IMG/VR virus record: IMGVR_UViG_3300025648_000013
From: a virus
Direction: 5' to 3' (one strand)
Length of the DNA: 64,000 nucleotides
Shown here: positions 49,673-58,522 of the stretch, piece after piece
How positions within the stretch are numbered: position 1 is the first letter of the stretch
How the letters are laid out: every line of letters starts with the position of its first letter
Notes under the pieces: generated by a model
Told to the model about the DNA's origin: nothing
The model's input: only the letters and a program-made list of their open reading frames with translations
The model's database searches: none
Translations under genes and position numbers: made by a program

Positions 49673-50414
49673 TTTTTGGTATCAGTTTACTGTTTACTCC
49701 ACAGAAACGATCTTTATTTGCATAAAAGACATCTTTCTTGATACGAACCATTTTGTTTTCGTGTAAATCGTATGCAGTTATTCTGTCTTTTTGATTGTCT
49801 GACATTTTTTTCTTTGATTCGTCTGTGTGGATTTTTCCTAATTTTGCCTGTCTACATTTTTCCCGATGTTCGATCGATAATGTTTTACCTATACGAGATT
49901 TCAACTGTTCTTGCGTTAGTTTTCTTCCTTTTAATTTCTCAGAATGTTCTGGTCTCTTTTTTCCATACCAATAATGAAGTTCTCCCTTTTGACATTCGGA
50001 CATTTTGCATCTAGTTTCTTCTGTTATATTTTTTTTACTTTTAGATATTTTTTCTTTACATTCTTTAGACCGTTTGCTTCCATAATTTGGAGATAAATTT
50101 CCCTTTTTGCCAAACATAGGATGATTGTTTCCCGATGTTTGGCCAGTTGATGCATCTTCCATTATAAGATTTGCCCAGTTTGTAGATTCAACAATGTTGT
50201 TTTCTTTTGAGAATTTAAGTGCAAATTCTGTAGCAAGCTTTTGGCAATCAAATCCAAAAATTTCGACCGTTTTAGGATGTCCTTTGTGCTTTGTTATATG
50301 TCTTAGCCACAACTTTCCAGATCCTTTATATCTAAAAGGATCTTTCTTTTCTGTTTTGCCAAAATATTTAAGACCACAATGGTTACATTGTTTAATATAA
50401 AGATAAATAGTCAT
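49656..50414 (-). CDS. GIY-YIG homing endonuclease
   Basis: Paralog of 30282; 'YLYIKQC...KYFGKT...YKGSG'. Confidence 0.85.
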   Translation of the reverse strand: MTIYLYIKQCNHCGLKYFGKTEKKDPFRYKGSGKLWLRHITKHKGHPKTVEIFGFDCQKLATEFALKFSKENNIVESTNWANLIMEDASTGQTSGNNHPMFGKKGNLSPNYGSKRSKECKEKISKSKKNITEETRCKMSECQKGELHYWYGKKRPEHSEKLKGRKLTQEQLKSRIGKTLSIEHREKCRQAKLGKIHTDESKKKMSDNQKDRITAYDLHENKMVRIKKDVFYANKDRFCGVNSKLIPKIIKTD

Positions 50415-50479
50415 GCTGGAATCTCCTAAGTTTCTAGAGTCAGTAGGATGGCACTCCGTGACTGACACTTTTATTTATA
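50412..50479. ncRNA. HEG-associated structured element, copy 6
   Basis: GTCAGT/ACTGAC and GGA/TCC stems. Confidence 0.7.
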
Positions 50480-50487
50480 AAAACGAA

Positions 50488-50568
50488 GAACTTCGTAATA
50501 TGGGCTACATTGATAAGCTAAACGAATATCTGATAAAAACGCAAGATCGACATTTATCTGTTTACTAA
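50488..50568 (+). pseudogene. Orphaned original 3' end of the nucleotidyltransferase gene
   Basis: ELRNMGYIDKLNEYLIKTQDRHLSVY* vs ELRNKGFISKLNDYIQQAEDSSLSL*. Confidence 0.8.
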
Positions 50569-50623
50569 TCTCTCGCTTTGGTGTAAGATGAGCCATTGAG
50601 AGATTCTAAACAGTTGAGGTGAT

Positions 50624-52108
50624 ATGGATTATTATACAAACACATTCATGCAACGCGGCAAGATGTATGTACGCGGCATTCAAAACGGCAAACAAGTAAA
50701 GCAAGTTGTCAACTATAAGCCATATCTGTTTATTCCTACAACAGAACGTACGAAGTATAAAAACATCCATGGTTCTCCTGTGGGTAAGATCGACTTCGAT
50801 TCGGTTGATGATGCAAAAGAGTTTCAGAAAAAATATGAAAACATCGATGGAATGCCAATCTATGGCATGACTCATTTCATCTATCCATTCATGTATGACA
50901 CATTTCCAGGTGAAATCAAGTACGATCCTTCTGCAATCTCTGTTGTCAGTCTTGATATCGAAACTGTGGTTGGCGATGTAGATATTGCTACTGCCATTCA
51001 AACAACTCCAAATGAAGTGACTGCTATTACCATTTCGCGCAATGGTAAGAAAGCGGTGTTTGGTTGTGGAGATTATACACCACACGAAGACAACATCATC
51101 TACTACAAATGCAAAAATGAATACCAACTGTTTCAGAAGTTTCTAGATATCTGGAACTCCTATGATTATAGCCCAGATGTGCTGACTGGTTGGAACGTAG
51201 AGTTTTTTGACGTTCCCTATCTTGTTGGTCGCATTCGGATGGTTCTAGGAGAAGATGCTGCGAAGCGTCTTAGCCCATGGCAAATGCTTCGCGAGTATGA
51301 TGTTGAAATCAAGGGACGTAAGATGACATCATACTACATGATGGGCATCACTGTACTTGACTGGATGGCACTTTACAAGAAGTTTACATACACATCACAG
51401 GAATCCTATCGTTTGGATCATATTGCCAAGATCGAACTTGGTGATCAGAAGCTAGACTATAAATCACAAGGTTACACAAGTCTACAAGATTTGTATGAAA
51501 GAAACTTTCAGCTTTACGTTGAATACAACATCCATGACGTTCATATCGTTGATCGGCTAGAAGATAAGATGAAACTGATTGAACTGGTGTTTGCTATTGC
51601 TTATGACGCAAAGGTAAACTATCAGGATACACTAGCATCTGTGCGCCAGTGGGACGTAATCATCCACAACTATCTGATGCAACGAAATATCGTTGTAGAC
51701 AATCAGAAGAAATCTGGTCGTAGTGATGATAGTCTTGTTGGTGGTTATGTTAAAGATCCAAAAACAGGTATGCATCGTTGGATGGTTTCATTCGACCTTA
51801 ACTCTCTGTACCCACATTTGATTCAACAATACAACATCTCACCCGAGACGTTTGTTGAAAAGATGTGGGACTTCTTAAGCATCGATCAACTGTTGAGAGT
51901 TAGAGACACTGGGTTGCAAGGCTCTGAATACTCTTATGCAGCCAATGGTTGTGTATATCGCAAAGACAAGCAGGGCTTTCTTGGTGCTATCATGGCCAAG
52001 ATGTATGATGATCGTGTTATCTATAAGAAGCAGATGATCAAAAATAAAAAACTTCTAGAACAAATTGATTCTGAATTAAAATCAAGAAATCTACTACATA
52101 TGAACTAA
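50624..52108 (+). CDS. gp43: DNA polymerase gp43, N-terminal part (exonuclease, palm A, first finger helix)
   Basis: 'LDIET', 'GWNVEFFDVPY', 'YNIHDV', 'SFDLNSLYPH'. Confidence 0.95.
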   Translation: MDYYTNTFMQRGKMYVRGIQNGKQVKQVVNYKPYLFIPTTERTKYKNIHGSPVGKIDFDSVDDAKEFQKKYENIDGMPIYGMTHFIYPFMYDTFPGEIKYDPSAISVVSLDIETVVGDVDIATAIQTTPNEVTAITISRNGKKAVFGCGDYTPHEDNIIYYKCKNEYQLFQKFLDIWNSYDYSPDVLTGWNVEFFDVPYLVGRIRMVLGEDAAKRLSPWQMLREYDVEIKGRKMTSYYMMGITVLDWMALYKKFTYTSQESYRLDHIAKIELGDQKLDYKSQGYTSLQDLYERNFQLYVEYNIHDVHIVDRLEDKMKLIELVFAIAYDAKVNYQDTLASVRQWDVIIHNYLMQRNIVVDNQKKSGRSDDSLVGGYVKDPKTGMHRWMVSFDLNSLYPHLIQQYNISPETFVEKMWDFLSIDQLLRVRDTGLQGSEYSYAANGCVYRKDKQGFLGAIMAKMYDDRVIYKKQMIKNKKLLEQIDSELKSRNLLHMN

Positions 52109-52266
52109 CTTCGCCTGAAGGTGAGATATTCATTACAAATATATTGACAAATTTCTGTGAACAATATAAATTGGCATTTACAACACTATGGATAAACTCT
52201 GAAACTGGTCGAATTCCAGTTAAAGGTAGAAACAAAGGTTGGAAGTGTATTAAAATTAAGGATTAA
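52087..52266 (+). pseudogene. Homing endonuclease C-terminal DNA-binding remnant between the gp43 halves
   Basis: 'TYELTSPEGEIFITNILTNFCEQYKL...KGWKCIK*', no start codon or nuclease domain. Confidence 0.65.
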
Positions 52267-52268
52267 AT

Positions 52269-53376
52269 ATGGATTTAACTACATTGACAAATGAGGAGAT
52301 CGCAGCGCTCCGTATGTCAACTGTTAAGGAGATCTCTCGCCTTGATAATCTTCAAATGGCGAAGAAGATTCAACTTAACAGTGCATACGGCGCGCTGGGT
52401 TAGCAACAAATACTTCCGTTGGTATGACATCAACCACGCTGAAGCTATTACTATGTCTGGCCAGCTTTCCATCCGCTGGATTGCTGATCGTATGAATGAA
52501 TACTTGAACAAGCTATGTGGTACGACAGACTATGATTATATCATTGCATCAGATACAGATTCTATCTATGTGACACTAGCACCTCTGGTCGACAAGATCA
52601 TGCCAGATGAAACGGACACAAAGAAGATCGTTGAAGTTCTAGATAAGTTTTGCCTTAGTAAGATTGAACCATTCATCGATAAAGCATATCTGGAACTATC
52701 TGTTCGGATGAATGCATATGCACAAAAGATGTTCATGAAGCGTGAAGCTATTGCCGATAAAGCAATCTGGACAGCAAAGAAGCGATACATCCTAAACGTC
52801 TGGAATCAAGAAGGGGTTGCATACGATTCGGCAAAGCTGAAGATGTCTGGCATTGAAGCGGTCAAATCATCAACACCACAATCTTGTCGTGATAACATTA
52901 AGAAGGCATTAAATCTTGTCATGAACGAAAGTGAAACGACACTGCAAACGTTCATCGCAGATTTCCGTAAAATGTTTACACAGTTGCCTTTTGAGGAAGT
53001 GGCATTCCCTCGTGGTGTCAGTGATCTAGACAAGTATGAAACCAAAGACATTGAAACGTATGCTTCTGGTACTCCTATTCATGTTCGTGGCAGTATTCTG
53101 TACAATCGTATGCTAGAGCGTCATGGACTAGGTAATAAATACGAGCAGATAACAAACGGTGATAAGGTGAAGTTCTGTTACATGAAAACACCTAATCCCG
53201 CTAGAACAAATGTCATCTCCTGTCCATCTGAGTTGCCATCAGAGTTTGATTTGGAGAAGTACATCGACTATCCAATGCAGTTTGATAAAGCGTTCATTGC
53301 ACCACTACAGGGCATTCTGGATGTGATTGGTTGGAAGTCAGAGAAGATCGCAACACTAGAGGACTTTTTCAGCTAA
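52269..53376 (+). CDS. gp43: DNA polymerase gp43, C-terminal part (frame break at 52401)
   Basis: AAGGA RBS, ATG 52269 'MDLTT...KKIQLNSAYGALG' TAG, then +1 frame 'NKYFRWYD...SDTDS...KKRY'. Confidence 0.9.
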
Positions 53377-53627
53377 TGGACGAAGATTTTGATTTTGGAT
53401 TTACATACACCACAACCGAAGATATTGCAGCACCAATCATTGTCTCTAAGACAACAAAGAATGAGGAAACGATTGACAAGCTACTCAAAGCTATCACACC
53501 ACTACTAGACAATCTAGCCAAGGATGCAGACAAAGATGTCATCCATTGGCCAAATCGTGCTGCAAAGATTGAAGAGTTTCGCAAGAAACTATACAAAATC
53601 GCTGGAAAAACATTGACTAAGAAGTGA
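53376..53627 (+). CDS. Small conserved hypothetical protein
   Basis: 'DFDFGF', 'PLLDNLAK...IHWPNR'. Confidence 0.65.
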   Translation: MDEDFDFGFTYTTTEDIAAPIIVSKTTKNEETIDKLLKAITPLLDNLAKDADKDVIHWPNRAAKIEEFRKKLYKIAGKTLTKK

Positions 53628-53681
53628 TTTTGTGATACAGTGAATACTGGTTTAAACCAAGGAGAAAACCAAGGAGATTAT

Positions 53682-54797
53682 ATGAGCATTCTAGACAAAC
53701 TACGTAAAGCAAGCACAATCAAGGAAGCAGATGTGCTATCGGATTCCAAGTTCTTTAATAAGAAGGACATGATTCAGACTTCCATTCCCATGCTCAATGT
53801 TGCACTATCAGGTAGTCTAGACGGTGGTATTACACCAGGTCTAACTCTCTGGTGTGGTCCATCAAAGCACTTCAAGTCATTCTTCTGTCTTCTAGAAGTC
53901 AAAGCGTACCTTGACAAATATCCTGAAGCTATCTGTCTCTTTTACGACTCGGAGTTTGGTGCTGGTAAGAAGTATTTTGAAACCATTGGCATTGATACTA
54001 CTCGTGTTATTCATAGTCCAATCACCGACGTTGAACAGTTCAAGTTTGATGTTATGCAGCAACTTGAAGTGATTTCTCGTGGCGACAAGGTAATCATCTT
54101 TGTTGACTCTGTTGGTAACTTGGCTTCTAAGAAAGAAGTTGATGATGCCAAGGATGGCAAGTCTGTTTCAGATATGTCACGGGCGAAGCAGATCAAGTCT
54201 GTGTTTCGTATGATTACGCCACATCTAAACATCAAAGACATTCCAATGGTCGTTGTGAATCACACATATCAGACACAAGAAATGTACTCAAAGGCCGTCG
54301 TATCTGGTGGTACTGGTATCTACTATTCTGCTGATTCAATCTTCATCATTGGTCGTCAACAAGAGAAAGATGGCACCGAAGTCACTGGTTACAACTTCAT
54401 CATCAATGTTGAAAAGTCACGCCATGTTCGTGAAAAGTCCAAGATTCCTATTGAAGTTCGTTTTGAAGGTGGTATCTCAACATGGTCTGGTCTACTAGAT
54501 GTTGCTCTAGATTCTGGTCATATATTGAAATCTGGATCTTGGTATCAGATGGTGGATTTCGATACTGGAGAGATTTCAGATAAGAAAATCCGTGGAGGTG
54601 ATATTGAGAAGTCTGGATTTTACAAAAGACTCATCAAGGATTCGCGTTTCAAAGAGTTTATCGAAAAGAAATATATGCTTTCAAATGAAACAATGATAAC
54701 AGATGAAGAGATTGACGATTTTATAGACGATTATTGTTTATTAGGTGGGATGGCAGTCCGTGACCTACACTCTATTTATAAGAAAGACTTGATATGA
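53682..54797 (+). CDS. uvsX: RecA-like recombinase UvsX
   Basis: 'NVALSG', 'GPSKHFKS', 'YDSEFG', 'DSVGNLASKKE'. Confidence 0.96.
   Translation: MSILDKLRKASTIKEADVLSDSKFFNKKDMIQTSIPMLNVALSGSLDGGITPGLTLWCGPSKHFKSFFCLLEVKAYLDKYPEAICLFYDSEFGAGKKYFETIGIDTTRVIHSPITDVEQFKFDVMQQLEVISRGDKVIIFVDSVGNLASKKEVDDAKDGKSVSDMSRAKQIKSVFRMITPHLNIKDIPMVVVNHTYQTQEMYSKAVVSGGTGIYYSADSIFIIGRQQEKDGTEVTGYNFIINVEKSRHVREKSKIPIEVRFEGGISTWSGLLDVALDSGHILKSGSWYQMVDFDTGEISDKKIRGGDIEKSGFYKRLIKDSRFKEFIEKKYMLSNETMITDEEIDDFIDDYCLLGGMAVRDLHSIYKKDLI
54742..54780. ncRNA. Truncated HEG-associated element, copy 7 (no HEG attached)
   Basis: Minus strand TATAAATA-gagt-GTAGGT CAC GGA ctgcca TCC C ACCTA. Confidence 0.65.
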
Positions 54798-56239
54798 TTG
54801 AAGAACATGTAATCTTTTCACATCTACTTTATAATGAAGAATATTGCAGAAAGGTGATCCCATTCCTGAAGACCGAATACTTCCAAACACGACCTAACAA
54901 GATCGTGTTTGGACTTATTGACAAGTATGTCAAGACTTATTACAGGGTGCCTACAAAGGAAGCTTTGCAGTCTGAAATCTTGTCTCTCACAAACATTAGT
55001 GAAGATGAGTATTCAATCTGCAAAGATACTGTACAGACATTCAATGCAGACTTGGCTACGTCCATTGATTGGTTGTTTAACGAAACGGAGAAGTTCTGCC
55101 AAGAACGGGCTGTGTATAATGCAATCATGGATTCCATCAAGATTATTGATGGTAAAGATGACAAGCGTGGTAAAGGAGCATTGCCAGAGATTCTAACTGA
55201 GGCTCTAGCAGTGTCTTTTGACACTAACATCGGGCATGACTTTCTTGGTGATGCTGAACAGCGATATGAGTTCTACCATCTTCGCGAGGAGAAGCTGGAG
55301 TTCGATCTGAAGTATTTCAACAAGATCACCAAGGGTGGTGTATCAAAGAAGACTTTGACCTGTATCCTAGCGTCCACGGGCGTTGGTAAGACAATGTTTA
55401 TGACCCACTGTGCAGCCAATCACTTGAACATGGGCAAGAACGTTCTCTATATCACCATGGAAATGTCTGAAGAGCGGATTGCAGAACGTATTGACGCCAA
55501 CTTGATGAATATCACGATGGACGAACTTCGTGATCTACCGAAAGATTCTTTCAACAAGAAGACCAATCGAATCAAGTCGTCAACACAAGGCAAGTTGATT
55601 ATCAAGGAGTATCCAACATCATCTGCTGGTGCTGCACACTTCCGGCATCTATTGCAAGAACTTCGTATTAAGAAGAACTTCAAGCCAGATGTGATCTATA
55701 TTGACTATATAAACATCTGTGCGTCTACACGTATGAAGATGGGTGGTTCTGTTAATAGCTACATGTATATCAAGTCTATTGCAGAAGAACTGCGTGGGCT
55801 TGCTGTTGAGTTTGATCTACCAATCATCACGGCTACACAGTCAAATCGTGATGGTTATAACTCTTCTGATCTTGGGCTAGACAACACCTCAGAGTCGTTT
55901 GGTTTGCCAGCAACAGTAGACTTTATGTTTGCTCTGATGTCAACCGACGAGCTAGCTGATATGAACCAGATCCTTGTCAAGCAGTTGAAGAATCGCTACA
56001 GTGATATCAACGAAAACAAGAGGTTTGTTATCGGTGTCAACAAGTCTAAGATGCGTTTTCATGATGTGGATGATTCTGAGCAAGAGAATATTCTAGAAGG
56101 TCCTAAGAAAGATAAGTATCAGGACAAGCCGGTAATGGACAACACTCAGGTCGGTATTCGTGCCAACGAAGAAGACAATATGAAGTGGATGACTAAGGCT
56201 GCCGGCCGTAAAGATTTTAGCGGATTGAGAATGACTTGA
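54794..56239 (+). CDS. gp41: Replicative helicase gp41
   Basis: 'ASTGVGKT', 'YITMEM', 'IKEYPT', 'IAEELRGLAVE', 'SESFGLP'. Confidence 0.97.
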   Translation: MIEEHVIFSHLLYNEEYCRKVIPFLKTEYFQTRPNKIVFGLIDKYVKTYYRVPTKEALQSEILSLTNISEDEYSICKDTVQTFNADLATSIDWLFNETEKFCQERAVYNAIMDSIKIIDGKDDKRGKGALPEILTEALAVSFDTNIGHDFLGDAEQRYEFYHLREEKLEFDLKYFNKITKGGVSKKTLTCILASTGVGKTMFMTHCAANHLNMGKNVLYITMEMSEERIAERIDANLMNITMDELRDLPKDSFNKKTNRIKSSTQGKLIIKEYPTSSAGAAHFRHLLQELRIKKNFKPDVIYIDYINICASTRMKMGGSVNSYMYIKSIAEELRGLAVEFDLPIITATQSNRDGYNSSDLGLDNTSESFGLPATVDFMFALMSTDELADMNQILVKQLKNRYSDINENKRFVIGVNKSKMRFHDVDDSEQENILEGPKKDKYQDKPVMDNTQVGIRANEEDNMKWMTKAAGRKDFSGLRMT

Positions 56240-56421
56240 TATACAGAATCAGAACGTTCGATGGTAAGTACCACATTTTTGAGACAACCACTGGGTTTAC
56301 CATCTATTCCTCAGCCGAGGAAGACAAGGTGAAATCTATCTGTCGTTTCTTAAACTCAGGAGGTGGTTTCAATGGAGCCACCCCTGCATTTTTTTGCCAC
56401 AAAGTTGACATTACCGATTGA
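56236..56421 (+). CDS. Small hypothetical protein
   Basis: 'LNSGGGFNGATPAFF'; follows gp41. Confidence 0.55.
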   Translation: MIYRIRTFDGKYHIFETTTGFTIYSSAEEDKVKSICRFLNSGGGFNGATPAFFCHKVDITD

Positions 56422-56445
56422 CATTTTTTCAGAATCAGCTACATT
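56418..56445 (+). promoter_or_regulatory. Early promoter with GANTC
   Basis: TTGACA-ttttttca-GAATC-agc-TACATT. Confidence 0.7.
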
Positions 56446-56477
56446 GAGAATGTAGTTAGTGAGAAAGGTGATTCGTT

Positions 56478-56669
56478 ATGATTAAGATTTTTGCTATTGC
56501 ATTCGCTCTGGTTGCCCTAGAACTCTTTGGGTTCAAGGAACTCGTTAGTTTTATGCATCCCATTGCGTTGATTAAGTTTTTCATCGCTATTCCGTTCGTT
56601 GCCATTGCTGCGATTACCGCTTGGTATCCCTTTGCGGTCGGCATCTGTGGCGGTCCTGAACGCTTCTGA
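56478..56669 (+). CDS. Small membrane protein
   Basis: Two hydrophobic segments; AAGGTG RBS. Confidence 0.55.
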   Translation: MIKIFAIAFALVALELFGFKELVSFMHPIALIKFFIAIPFVAIAAITAWYPFAVGICGGPERF

Positions 56670-56675
56670 TATCTC

Positions 56676-56704
56676 TTGACATTTATCCCGAATCGTGCTA
56701 GGTT
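56676..56704 (+). promoter_or_regulatory. Early promoter with GANTC
   Basis: TTGACA-tttatccc-GAATC-gtgc-TAGGTT. Confidence 0.65.
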
Positions 56705-56753
56705 CAGAACCTAGCACGCGTGCTAGGTTCAGAACATAGACGATGGAGATGAA

Positions 56754-57224
56754 ATGGAAGTTCACGTATCAGGTATCAATGCGCGCAAAGCTGAGGAACT
56801 CACCGAAGCGGCAGAGTTTTTTGCGCGCCAGTTGATGGACCCTCGCATGGTTCGTAATCTATCCATTGATCTGGAAATTGAAACAAACCTAGACGTTCAT
56901 GGCGAATGTGTAGACGAAGAGGGCACAAGGAATCCACGGTGGTTCACGATTCGCCTCAAGCGCCAGAAGATAGAAGATATGATCAGAACGCTAGCGCATG
57001 AAATGGTTCATGTCAAGCAATACGCTAAGAATGAACTGAAAAGCGGCATTGTGATTGTGTCTAGAGGCAAGCTAAAGATGACCAGCAAATGGCACGGCGA
57101 AATCTGGAAACCTAAGCGCAATGAAGATTTGTATTTTGATTCGCCTTGGGAATGTCAGGCATATGGAATGGAAGTTGGTCTCTATCACAAGTGGTTTGCG
57201 TTCATCAACGAGCGTTATAAGTAG
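56754..57224 (+). CDS. HExxH zinc metallopeptidase-like protein
   Basis: 'TLAHEMVHVKQY', 'PWECQAY'. Confidence 0.75.
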   Translation: MEVHVSGINARKAEELTEAAEFFARQLMDPRMVRNLSIDLEIETNLDVHGECVDEEGTRNPRWFTIRLKRQKIEDMIRTLAHEMVHVKQYAKNELKSGIVIVSRGKLKMTSKWHGEIWKPKRNEDLYFDSPWECQAYGMEVGLYHKWFAFINERYK

Positions 57225-57232
57225 AGTTATAT

Positions 57233-57309
57233 TCCCTTCGAGCGAGCAGGCGAACGCAACTGGCTGTTAACCAGTAAAATGCTAGGATCGATACCTAGGA
57301 AGGGAGCCA
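57233..57309 (+). tRNA. tRNA-Asn(GTT)
   Basis: TCCCTTC/GAAGGGA; ACTGG-CT GTT AA-CCAGT; CCA. Confidence 0.85.
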
Positions 57310-57328
57310 CATATCAAAGGAAACTACC

Positions 57329-57490
57329 ATGTTTCATGTATATGCATTGAACGCAGAATATGAAATGGTTGTTGAGTGTCTGGTCGAAGATTATAAAGCT
57401 GCTGTAAAACTTGCTGAAAGTCTAGACGCTATCTATAATAAAGACAATGTTTGTCTTGAAGTGGTGATTGATGACACTGAAAAGGTCTAA
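57329..57490 (+). CDS. Small hypothetical protein
   Basis: AAGGA RBS; 53 aa; not in the track. Confidence 0.45.
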   Translation: MFHVYALNAEYEMVVECLVEDYKAAVKLAESLDAIYNKDNVCLEVVIDDTEKV

Positions 57491-57508
57491 GTGAAATAAA
57501 GGATTGTT

Positions 57509-57907
57509 ATGAAGATTGGTATTACATGTTCCTGCTTTGATCTGTTTCATTCGGGTCATGTTCTTATGCTTGAAGAAGCTAAAGAACACTGTGATTTTCT
57601 TATCGCAGCACTTCAGACTGATCCTACGATTGATCGTCCAGAAAAGAATAAGCCAGTTCAGGATGTATATGAACGTTGGTCACAGTTAAATGCCTGTAAA
57701 TATGTAGACAAAATCATTCCATACTCCACTGAAGGAGACCTATATAATCTTCTACTCACCCAGAAGATTGATATTCGGTTTGTAGGAGAAGAGTATGTGT
57801 CTAAAACTTTTACTGGCAAATATATGCCAGGCATTGAGATTTATTATAACAGACGCGAACATAACTATAGTTCTTCTGGGCTACGTGAACGTATTATGAA
57901 AGGATAA
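57509..57907 (+). CDS. Cytidylyltransferase (TagD-like)
   Basis: 'FDLFHSGH' HxGH, 'YSSS' motif. Confidence 0.9.
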   Translation: MKIGITCSCFDLFHSGHVLMLEEAKEHCDFLIAALQTDPTIDRPEKNKPVQDVYERWSQLNACKYVDKIIPYSTEGDLYNLLLTQKIDIRFVGEEYVSKTFTGKYMPGIEIYYNRREHNYSSSGLRERIMKG

Positions 57908-57910
57908 AAT

Positions 57911-58471
57911 ATGTACCAGACACATCTGTATGATCCCACAGAATATCTACCAGAAGTCGTTCCAAACGTAGTCTTCAAAACTCGTGTGCGTGACGATTCG
58001 ATTGAAGGACCAAATCCTTATCGTTGGGAAAAAAGGACTTCGTTTGACTATTTTGCAAACAAGCGCGTAGTTATTTTTTCTCTTCCTGGTGCCTTTACAC
58101 CTACTTGTTCGACATATCAGCTTCCTGGTTTCGAAGAAAACTATAAAGACTTCAAGGCACTAGGCATTGATGATGTATATTGCATCTCAGTCAATGATGC
58201 CTTTGTAATGAACGCTTGGGCCAAGTCACAACAGCTTCAGAAGGTCAAGGTCATTCCAGACGGTTCTGGTACATTTACCAGTGGTATGTCGATGCTAGTG
58301 AATAAGGAAAATCTTGGCTTTGGCACACGTTCCTGGCGTTATGCTGTAGTGGTAAACAACGGCAAGATCGAAAAGTGGTTCATTGAACCTGGCTTTGGTC
58401 ACAATGTCGATGATGATCCATACGGCGAGACTGCACCTGAAAACATTATGAAATGGCTCAAAACTGCTTGA
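57911..58471 (+). CDS. Peroxiredoxin (Prx5 type)
   Basis: 'PGAFTPTCS', 'SVNDAFVMNAW', 'RSWRYA'. Confidence 0.93.
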   Translation: MYQTHLYDPTEYLPEVVPNVVFKTRVRDDSIEGPNPYRWEKRTSFDYFANKRVVIFSLPGAFTPTCSTYQLPGFEENYKDFKALGIDDVYCISVNDAFVMNAWAKSQQLQKVKVIPDGSGTFTSGMSMLVNKENLGFGTRSWRYAVVVNNGKIEKWFIEPGFGHNVDDDPYGETAPENIMKWLKTA

Positions 58472-58522
58472 CATATTCCACGAATCCGCTATGATGGGAA
58501 TATAGAGAGACAAAGCTTCTCT
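58468..58522 (+). promoter_or_regulatory. Early promoter with GANTC plus leader stem-loop
   Basis: TTGACA-tattccac-GAATC-cgc-TATGAT, then AGAGAGA/TCTCTCT hairpin. Confidence 0.7.

Noticed and set aside
52401-52403. Genome-wide TAG recoding (alternative genetic code)
   Set aside because: TAG terminates gp13, gp14, gp17 and gp46 at expected ends, read-through would not restore the gp43 frame, and no suppressor tRNA was seen.
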